From the NCBI GenBank assembly GCA_964461255.1, contig CAYWTR010000006.1, forward strand, positions 17,287 through 81,286: 64,000 nt of DNA, written 5' to 3'. The position numbers and the translations under genes were made by a program. The notes beneath the pieces were generated by a model. It had not been told where the DNA came from and did not search any database. It worked only from the letters and a program-made list of their open reading frames with translations. Source of the stretch: an uncultured Fibrobacteraceae bacterium. GTDB taxonomy: Bacteria > Krumholzibacteriota > Krumholzibacteriia > LZORAL124-64-63. Of the stretch, positions 1 to 6,931 are shown in pieces (position 1 is the first letter of the stretch; each line of letters opens with the position of its first letter).

Positions 1-1148
1 TACTCGGCGATGCGCGCCCGCGCCCTGGCTTGCGAGCGCCCCGTCCAGCTCTGCAGCCGATCGAAGATGTTCCAGCTGACGCGGTAGCCGTAACCCAGGT
101 TGTCGGATTCCTGCGCGCCGAAGCGATAGGGGGACTCGTTGCGGTAGCGGCTGTAATTGGCGAACAGGTCGAGACTGGGCCACAGGTTGCTGCTGGCCGC
201 GGTCACCTCGCCCCGCCTCGCCTCGACCTCGTGCTCCCGGCTGCGCAGGTCCAGCCGCTCTCTCAGCGCCTGGGCGTAGAGGGCGTCGAGCGATTCGAGC
301 TCGAAATCGACGGCCAGTGCGGAGCGGTCGATCTCGAAGCGCGCCGCCAGCGGCTGTCCCATGGCGTAGGCCAGGTTGGCGAAGGCTTGTTCGACGCCGT
401 TCGCGGCCCGCACGACCTCCAGCCGGGTCTGTTCCAGCCTCACCTTGGACTGCAGCACGTCGCTGCGGGCGGCGCTGCCGAGACGGAAGTAGACTTCCGT
501 GCGTTCCAGTTCCTTGGCCGCCAGATCCTCGCTTTCCCGCGCCACCTCTAGCAGGCGCTCGTAGCGCAGCAGATCGTAGTAGGCCGCGGCGACGTTCTCA
601 ATGACCTGCTGCCGGCTGTAGCCGGCGCCCGCTTCGGCGGCGGCCAGGGAGCTGCGCGCCGATTTCAGGCTGCCGTACTTGCCGAAACCGTCGAAGACGT
701 TCAGGCTGGTTTGCGCCGACCAGTCCCGGTAGCTGGTCTTGATCTTCTGATCCTCTTTCAGGCCCGTCGGCACCTGCGTGGTCACGAAGAAGGTGTCCAG
801 CCCCGTGTCCACCAGCGGCATGAGCTGCGACTCCAGCACGTTGACATCGAAGTCACGGCGCTCGTTCTTGCTCCAGGTGCGCCCCAGACTGAGGCTGGGC
901 AGAAAGGCACCCCAGGCCCCGCGCACGCCGTGGCCGGCGCTCTCGCGCTGGGCGTCGGCGATGGCCAACGAAAGGCTTCCCCCCAGCGCTATCTCCACGC
1001 ATTGTCCGAGGTCCAGCATCCGGATGGGGGGGGCGGCCTCCTGGGCCAGCACCCCTTCCTCCCGCACACCGGCGCCCGCGGCCAGCAACAGCAGGACGGC
1101 CACCGCAGCCTGACGCCCGCCAGGACGGCGTTCCCGAAACGATCGCAT
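1..1148 (-). CDS. TolC-family outer membrane efflux protein, 3' end runs off the window (partial)
   Basis: Hand translation of the minus strand from ATG (cat at 1146-1148) gives a signal peptide (MRSFGNRRPGGRQAAVAVLLLLAAGAGV...) and TolC/OEP-like repeats (...EVTAASSNLWPSLDLFANYSRYRNESPYRFGAQESDNLGYGYRVSWNIFDRLQ...). No stop before position 1. Absent from the ORF track because it lacks a stop in the window. Confidence 0.65.
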   Translation of the reverse strand, partial: MRSFRERRPGGRQAAVAVLLLLAAGAGVREEGVLAQEAAPPIRMLDLGQCVEIALGGSLSLAIADAQRESAGHGVRGAWGAFLPSLSLGRTWSKNERRDFDVNVLESQLMPLVDTGLDTFFVTTQVPTGLKEDQKIKTSYRDWSAQTSLNVFDGFGKYGSLKSARSSLAAAEAGAGYSRQQVIENVAAAYYDLLRYERLLEVARESEDLAAKELERTEVYFRLGSAARSDVLQSKVRLEQTRLEVVRAANGVEQAFANLAYAMGQPLAARFEIDRSALAVDFELESLDALYAQALRERLDLRSREHEVEARRGEVTAASSNLWPSLDLFANYSRYRNESPYRFGAQESDNLGYGYRVSWNIFDRLQSWTGRSQARARARIAE

Positions 1149-1359
1149 CACTGGTTCTCCCCTGCTCGGCGCCCGGGGGCGCTCTCGATTGCCCGGCGGC
1201 TTCGACGGCCGCGGCGACGATCTTAGTCGCCATCGCCCGCCGCCGCCATTGCGAATTCCCGACCGGCGGCGGCCGCCTCCCTACGCACGCGAACGGGCGG
1301 GGTTGCAGCCCCGCCCGGTCGTTGCCCGGCCGCGCCCGCGGCGCGGCCCCGCCGCCCGG

Positions 1360-2010
1360 CTAGTGCAGGCGGAACCGGAAGGGGATCGCCATCCACGCCT
1401 TGACCGGTATGTTCCGCTGCTTGCCGGGGGTGAACTTGCACTTGCGCGCCGCCTCGACGGCCGCCCGGTCCAGCATCGGGTGCACCGACTGGATCACCTG
1501 GGCGTCCATGACGTTGCCGTCGGGCCCCACGAGCACCTTAACGATCACGGTGCCCTCGAGCTGCGAGGCCCGCGCCATCTCCGGGTAGTCCGGAGGCACG
1601 AACCTGGTCAGTTTCGGCTTCTCCTGCGAGGCCACGAACACGGCGCCGTCATCGTCGCCCGTGCCGATGGGCGTGGTCAACACCTCGCTGAAATCGTCGA
1701 ACAGGCTCTCGGCGATGTCGATTTCCTCGGTGACCTCGTCGTCGGGCACCGCCTCCACCGGCACCTGCGGGCGCGGCGCCTCCTCCGGCGGCGGCGGCAG
1801 TTCGATGGCGTCCGGGATGTCGACCACTTCGAAGGTGCGCTGGCGAAGCCGATAGGGGTTGGGCACGTACTGCGGCGTCAGGGAGAAGAACAGGATCAGG
1901 AACAGGACCGAGAGCAGCAGGGCACGCTTCAGGTACTGGGGATACTTGGCCTTGAATTGCTCGTTGGCGCTCGCTTCGCGCCCGGGAACCATTGGCGCCG
2001 TGCTCGACAT
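1360..2010 (-). CDS. tonB: energy transducer TonB (Pro-rich linker plus C-terminal TonB domain)
   Basis: N-terminal TM anchor (ALLLSVLFLILFF), PPPPEEAPRPQVP proline-rich spacer, C-terminal TonB-C-like domain (...GTVIVKVLVGPDGNVMDAQVIQS...AVEAARKCKFTPG...). Located downstream of exbB/exbD. Confidence 0.8.
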   Translation of the reverse strand: MSSTAPMVPGREASANEQFKAKYPQYLKRALLLSVLFLILFFSLTPQYVPNPYRLRQRTFEVVDIPDAIELPPPPEEAPRPQVPVEAVPDDEVTEEIDIAESLFDDFSEVLTTPIGTGDDDGAVFVASQEKPKLTRFVPPDYPEMARASQLEGTVIVKVLVGPDGNVMDAQVIQSVHPMLDRAAVEAARKCKFTPGKQRNIPVKAWMAIPFRFRLH

Positions 2011-2017
2011 GCCGCTC

Positions 2018-2440
2018 CTAGTACTTCGGGCCTGGTCTGAGCTCGGGATCGTTGTTGAAGGAGACCCGGACGGCGTTGACCGCCTTGAGCTCCTCCATGA
2101 CGTCGCTGACCGCCTGGTAGGGCGTCCTGGTGTCGGCTTTGAAGGCGATGATCAGCTGCGGGTTGTCCTGCATCTTCTGCGCGATCACCGCGGAGACGTC
2201 CTGCGTTCGCAGCAGCCTGTCGTTGATCGAAATCTGACCGCGGCGGTTGATGTAGATGTTGGCCACGAGTTCGCGCTTGATCTCCTCGCCCGCCTCGGCC
2301 CGCGGCAACTCGACCGGCAGGCCGGTTTCCTCGCGGAATATGGTCGTGACCATGAAGAAGATCAGCAGCAGGAAGGCGATGTCGCCCATCGACGAGGTGG
2401 GGATGTCGCTCCCGCGCTTGGTGCGGCGCTTGAAGTCCAT
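2018..2440 (-). CDS. exbD: biopolymer transport protein ExbD/TolR
   Basis: 140 aa, single N-terminal TM (IAFLLLIFFMVTT), ExbD/TolR periplasmic domain. 8 nt downstream of tonB. Confidence 0.85.
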   Translation of the reverse strand: MDFKRRTKRGSDIPTSSMGDIAFLLLIFFMVTTIFREETGLPVELPRAEAGEEIKRELVANIYINRRGQISINDRLLRTQDVSAVIAQKMQDNPQLIIAFKADTRTPYQAVSDVMEELKAVNAVRVSFNNDPELRPGPKY

Positions 2441-2453
2441 CTCCGCCTCCTCC

Positions 2454-2867
2454 CTACTTGGACGTCTTGAGCGAAACGCGCCGCGCCTGCGCCAATTTCA
2501 GCTCGTCCAGGCAGGCGACCATGCGGCCGTAATCCGCATCGGGATGCGTTTCCAGCACCACGACCAGCTTGGGCTGGGACAGCAGCCGGTCCTCTATCGC
2601 CCTCTTGATCTGGTTGACCTCGATCGGTTTCTGATCAAGCATGATGCGGTTGTCGCGCAAGATCTTCAGGGTGGCGACGTGGCTCTGCTTGATCTTTTGC
2701 ACCGTCGCGGCGGTTTCCTTGCCGGGCAGCAACAGCGGCAAGCCCTGCTCCACGGCAAAGGCCGTGGAAACGATGAAAAAGATCAGCAGCAGGAAGGCAA
2801 CGTCGCTGGTCGAGGCCAGCGTGATCGCCCCCATGGCGCCCTTGCGTTTCTTCTTGATCGCCATCAT
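2454..2867 (-). CDS. exbD: biopolymer transport protein ExbD/TolR (second copy)
   Basis: 137 aa, TM (VAFLLLIFFIVST), ExbD fold. Tandem with the other exbD. Confidence 0.85.
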   Translation of the reverse strand: MMAIKKKRKGAMGAITLASTSDVAFLLLIFFIVSTAFAVEQGLPLLLPGKETAATVQKIKQSHVATLKILRDNRIMLDQKPIEVNQIKRAIEDRLLSQPKLVVVLETHPDADYGRMVACLDELKLAQARRVSLKTSK

Positions 2868-2922
2868 CCTACCTCGGGATCGGCGGCACCGGCCGCGCCC
2901 GCCCCGGGCGCAGGCCAGACGC

Positions 2923-3795
2923 CTACCGCTGCAACCTGACCAGAGCCTCGATCAATTCGGCCGACGCTTCCTCCATCTCGGTCACGTAGCGGTCGATGTG
3001 GCCCACGAAGTAGTTGTAGAAGGCGGACACCGGGATGGCGATCACCAACCCGGTGGCGGTCGTGATCAGAGCTTCGGAGATACCGCTGGCGACCAGCTTG
3101 GCGTTGACCTGCTCGGCCGCGGCGATGGCCTCGAAGGCGCTGATCATGCCCGACACGGTGCCGAGGAAGCCGATCAGCGGCGCGACGTTGGTGACGGTCA
3201 CCAGCCAGATCAGGCCCCGCTCGAGGAAGGCCATCTCGATGGCGCCGGCAGTGCTGATGGCCTTCTCCACCGCTTCGGGGCCCTGGTCGGCCTTCTGCAG
3301 CCCGCTGTAGAGGATCGCGGCGATGGGCCCGCGCACCTTCTGGCATTCCAGGGCGGCGGCCTGCACGCCGTCGGTCCGCAGCGTGGTGATGACCGTGCCG
3401 ATCAGTTTGCGGGTGTTGGTGCGGGCGCGGTTGAGAGTCCACAGGCGCTCGAAGGTGAACACGAGGCCAACCAGGGCCGACAGCAGCAGCCACCACATGA
3501 AGCGGCCGCCCTTGACGAACAGCTCGCCGGCGCCGGTCTTGCCGATCCAGCTGCGGTCGATGACGCCCATCAGGCCGCCGATCTCCTGCCTCTTGACCGG
3601 GATCTCATCGACCGAATCGAGCGCCGTGCTGCCGAACGCCAGCGAGTCGGCGGTGTTCATGATGGCCTCGATGTTCGGGCCCCCCGCCGCCGGCGCGGGC
3701 TCCTGAGCCTCCGCCGCCGGCGCGGTCGCCAGCGCCGCGAGCCCCAGGCCCAGGAGTGCGAACACGGCGCACTTGAACGTACCGAGACGAGCCAT
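2923..3795 (-). CDS. exbB: MotA/TolQ/ExbB proton-channel protein
   Basis: C-terminal 290 aa of the listed 1232-aa ORF, starting at ATG 3795 (MARLGTFKC...). Signal/TM plus three TM helices with an ExbB-type motif (...APLIGFLGTVSGMISAF...). The N-terminal 940 aa of the long ORF is an alternate-frame artefact. Confidence 0.85.
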   Translation of the reverse strand: MARLGTFKCAVFALLGLGLAALATAPAAEAQEPAPAAGGPNIEAIMNTADSLAFGSTALDSVDEIPVKRQEIGGLMGVIDRSWIGKTGAGELFVKGGRFMWWLLLSALVGLVFTFERLWTLNRARTNTRKLIGTVITTLRTDGVQAAALECQKVRGPIAAILYSGLQKADQGPEAVEKAISTAGAIEMAFLERGLIWLVTVTNVAPLIGFLGTVSGMISAFEAIAAAEQVNAKLVASGISEALITTATGLVIAIPVSAFYNYFVGHIDRYVTEMEEASAELIEALVRLQR

Positions 3796-3939
3796 TGTGC
3801 CTGATCTCCCTTTCGTGAGTGGGACCCGCAAAAACATACGCACCCGGAAATCTGGGGAAAGCAGGTGGGGTCTTCCGCCGCTTCTGCAACCGGGCCCGGC
3901 CCCGGTTCGGCGGCGGCTTCCGGCGGCCGCGCGCGCCAG

Positions 3940-4012
3940 CGGGCCAGTATAAAGGCGCTCCTTAATAAGTGTCAATGGAGGCGGCAAGTCAAACGTTTTG
4001 TTGTTCTTCCGT
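3940..4012 (-). promoter_or_regulatory. AT-rich putative promoter upstream of the exbB-exbD-exbD-tonB operon
   Basis: The only AT-rich stretch (tataaaggcgctccttaataagtgtcaatggaggcggcaagtcaaacgttttgttgtt) in a 245-bp gap between the GWxTD gene stop and the exbB start. In a ~70% GC genome such islets usually mark promoters. Confidence 0.35.
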
Positions 4013-4040
4013 CGTCTCGCGCCCCCCGCCGCCCCCCGCG

Positions 4041-5657
4041 TCAACCGCCGATGTCCATGGCGTTCGTGCTGTCCAACACCCAGTCGCCGTTGCCGGTGCG
4101 ATCGACAAAGAGGAACCGCAGCCCCAGATTCTGGCCGCTGTAGGGATTGGGGAAGAGCTGTCTGCCCGCGTGGTTGTAGTTCCACAATTCGAAACCCTTT
4201 TCGCGCCAGATGCGGCTGTGACCCGTGGCCAGCTCGCGCCGCGACTGCCGGGTCGTCTCGATTGGGATGCCGGAGCGCCCCTTGATGATGGTGCCTTCCC
4301 GTTCCGGGGCGTAGTTGTCGTAGACCTGGATGACGGCTTCCCGCTGGTCGGTCTGGTTGAGCGGCAGAACCGTCTTGGAGATCTCGTCCGGCGGACCGAG
4401 CCACAGGAAGATCCGCCCCCGCGGATCGACGGCTCCGCTGGCGTTGAAGCCGCCCAGGAACTCCCGCACGTACGATACGCGGCGGCGGAAGTCGAGAAAG
4501 GCCTCGTTGAGCGCCGTGTCCGGGTCGGGGTCCCGATCCTGCCAGAAGCGCTCCAGGATGTCCTCGCGCTCCGCGGCGCCCGCCAGCTCGAAGGCCTTCA
4601 GCTCGTCTCCGGCAAGGATGGTCCGGCCCTCCCCAAGCAATTCGTCGCCGAAGCGCCGCAGGGAATCGAGGCTCCAGACCACGTCGAATTCGGCCAACCA
4701 CGGTCGCCCTTCGCGGTTGCCGGGAGCCACGCTGAGCTGGTAGGCGCCGGGCGGCAGGTCCTTGACGCTCATCTCGTAGTAGATGCCTGTCGTGCCGCCG
4801 GCGTTGAGCGCGGCCAGCTGCGGCGGGTCCAGGCGGAGCGTGTCGCGCACCGCGAATTCCAGGTCCTTGGCCAGCACCTGCACGAGCAGCCCGTCGCGCG
4901 CGGCGGCTGCGCCGCCGCCTTGCAGGGGCGGCTCGACCTCGAAATAGACCTGAAGGCGCTCCTGCTCCAGTCCGTAACGACGATTGGGATGCAGATGATC
5001 CGTCAGACGCGACCGCTCCGGCGCCTCCCCGCCTGCCCGCGCGCCGCCCGCCCAGAGAGCGATGGGCGCCTTGGCCAGGAAGACCGGATCCCCCACGGCC
5101 AGCGCCTCCGGTTCGCGCGCCGCCGCGGGCGCGCTCCAGTCGGCCGCGATCTGGCTGCGGGCCCAGCGGCGCTGCTTGACCATGCTGAGCAGACCGGGGC
5201 GCTCGCGCTGCGTGTCGAGGAGCTCGATCGTCAACCGGCCGCTGGTGGCGCGCACGCCCGGCAGCACCAGCGGCAGAATCTGGTAGACGGTGGGCGAGGC
5301 GGCCTGTTCGGCGTTCTGGGTGCGCAGATCGACCTTTGTCTGTTTGCTCACCACGCTGCCGTCGTCCCCCTCCAGCGTCGCCTCGACCTGCAGACGTCCG
5401 GTCAACCGCCCCTTCTTCTTGGCGAAGGTGACCTCGCGGTTGGCGACCGAGATCAGCAGCACGACGCTGACGCTGCCGTCTTCCTCGTGTCGATTGACCA
5501 CATCGACGACGCTGTGGAAATTGCCCGCTCCTTCCAGGGGGCGCAGCAGGGCGCCGGCAGCGGGCGCGGCGGCCAGCAGGACAAGCGCGGAGATGGCGAC
5601 AAGAACGGCTCCGCCCGCAAGGCGGCGGCGCGCTCGCAGAGTGAGTGATCGCAGCAA
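4041..5657 (-). CDS. GWxTD-domain secreted protein (hypothetical)
   Basis: 538 aa, N-terminal signal (VLVAISALVLLAAAPAAGA). Segment ...ILERFWQDRDPDPDTALNEAFLDFRRRVSYVREFL... matches the GWxTD-family signature as I recall it (TIGR04514). Confidence 0.55.
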   Translation of the reverse strand: MLRSLTLRARRRLAGGAVLVAISALVLLAAAPAAGALLRPLEGAGNFHSVVDVVNRHEEDGSVSVVLLISVANREVTFAKKKGRLTGRLQVEATLEGDDGSVVSKQTKVDLRTQNAEQAASPTVYQILPLVLPGVRATSGRLTIELLDTQRERPGLLSMVKQRRWARSQIAADWSAPAAAREPEALAVGDPVFLAKAPIALWAGGARAGGEAPERSRLTDHLHPNRRYGLEQERLQVYFEVEPPLQGGGAAAARDGLLVQVLAKDLEFAVRDTLRLDPPQLAALNAGGTTGIYYEMSVKDLPPGAYQLSVAPGNREGRPWLAEFDVVWSLDSLRRFGDELLGEGRTILAGDELKAFELAGAAEREDILERFWQDRDPDPDTALNEAFLDFRRRVSYVREFLGGFNASGAVDPRGRIFLWLGPPDEISKTVLPLNQTDQREAVIQVYDNYAPEREGTIIKGRSGIPIETTRQSRRELATGHSRIWREKGFELWNYNHAGRQLFPNPYSGQNLGLRFLFVDRTGNGDWVLDSTNAMDIGG

Positions 5658-5877
5658 CGGGACTCCTCATGGCTGGAGACCGGCGCCGGGGGCATCTGGC
5701 TGAATTTACGGCATTTCGGGGCGACGGGCAACCCGGTGGAGCCGCGCAGACGACGCGCCGCCGCGCCCCGGTCGGCGGTGTCCGCCGCTGCGCCTCCCTT
5801 CCCTTGCCGCGTCCCGCCCGGGAGTGGACCTGCACCTCCAGGGATGCATTCATGCCGGCCGCACCAAGAAACCGGCC

Positions 5878-5912
5878 CGCCTTGCGCGGGCGGGCCGGGA
5901 GGACGGAGCGCA
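5878..5912 (-). terminator. rho-independent terminator after the PorV-like gene
   Basis: Inverted repeat ccggcccgcc / ggcgggccgg with a 7-nt loop. On the minus strand it is followed by TTTCTT, 16 nt after the stop at 5928. Confidence 0.5.
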
Positions 5913-5927
5913 GATACGGCAAGGCTG

Positions 5928-6860
5928 TCAGTAGGTGAACGAAAGGCTGAGGCGGTGCACCAGCCCGAGCACCTGCATGTCGACCACGCTGAAATCGAAC
6001 AGGGCCTTGGACGTCTTGCCCGTCGCGAGGGCCACGCCGAAGCCGGCGGCCAGGGCGTCGGTGTCGTAACCCAGGTTGTAGCCCACGCGGCCGTAGAGCA
6101 GGTTGTTGAGGTTGTACTCGAGACCGACGTTGGCGCGTTCGGCGTTGTCGGCCGGATGCTGGAACTCCGCCGAGGCGAGCAGCTGCTGCTTGCCCACGCT
6201 GACGGCGTTGAAGCTGGCGCCCACCTTGAAGGTGGCGGGCAGCTTGGCCTCCCGCTCGTCGAAGGTGATCCCGCCGCCCAGGTGCTGGATCACCATGCCG
6301 AGCTTCAGGCCGCGCACGCCGATCCGGTACATGATGCCGAAATCGAAGCTGGCGCTGTTGACCGCGGATTCCGCCAGGCCCAGGTGCAGGTAGTGCACCG
6401 TGGCGCCGGCCGAGAACTTGTCGGTGAAGAACCGCGCGTAGCTGAGGCCGAAGCTCACCGAGCCGGCGTCGAAGGTCTGCCCCGTGCCCTCCGGCTCGTA
6501 TGCCGTGCGCACCAGCATGGGATCGAGCCAGAACGAGCGCGCCGAAAGGGCGAAGGAGCCGGGAATCTGCCGCGGGCTGAAGGCGAGGATCGCGGTGGTC
6601 AGGTTGATGTCCGCCGGCCACTCGACGTGGGAAAGATGGAACTCGTTGCCGCGCACATTGACCAGACCCGCCGGGTTCCAGAAGACCGACGAGGCGTCGT
6701 CGGCCACGGCCGTGAAGGCGGAGCCCATGCCGGTGGCGCGCGCGCTCGTGCCGATCTGCAGGAACTGCGCGCCGAAGGTGCCGACTTTTTCGAACAGCTC
6801 CGCCTGACCAGCGGCCGGCAGCGCCAGCAGCACCACGGTCAGCAACGCAATGCGCTTCAT
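5928..6860 (-). CDS. PorV/PorQ-family outer-membrane beta-barrel (T9SS-associated)
   Basis: Signal peptide then the family N-terminal signature ...FLQIGTSARATGMGSAFTAVADDASSVFWNPAGLV... Alternating beta-strand pattern ending in an aromatic residue (SLSFTY). Confidence 0.7.
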   Translation of the reverse strand: MKRIALLTVVLLALPAAGQAELFEKVGTFGAQFLQIGTSARATGMGSAFTAVADDASSVFWNPAGLVNVRGNEFHLSHVEWPADINLTTAILAFSPRQIPGSFALSARSFWLDPMLVRTAYEPEGTGQTFDAGSVSFGLSYARFFTDKFSAGATVHYLHLGLAESAVNSASFDFGIMYRIGVRGLKLGMVIQHLGGGITFDEREAKLPATFKVGASFNAVSVGKQQLLASAEFQHPADNAERANVGLEYNLNNLLYGRVGYNLGYDTDALAAGFGVALATGKTSKALFDFSVVDMQVLGLVHRLSLSFTY

Positions 6861-6931
6861 GGAAACCTCCCGCTCCGTCCGGGGACGGGTTATGCGGCCC
6901 GCGGGTCGCTTCAGCTACGGTCGCCGGCTCC

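Noticed and set aside
2923-6621. 1232-aa ORF on the minus strand (and similar 1147-aa 15903-19346, 1296-aa 25108-28998, 1025-aa 25868-28945, 1302-aa 28845-32753, 1008-aa 41955-44981, 818-aa 43861-46317, 904-aa 60797-63511 ORFs)
   Set aside because: These are read-through or alternate-frame artefacts of ~70% GC DNA. Only their C-terminal segments (exbB, dppB, wza-like) or the opposite-strand genes show recognisable motifs. The remainder is low-complexity Arg/Ala/Gly/Pro-rich translation overlapping well-supported genes in other frames.
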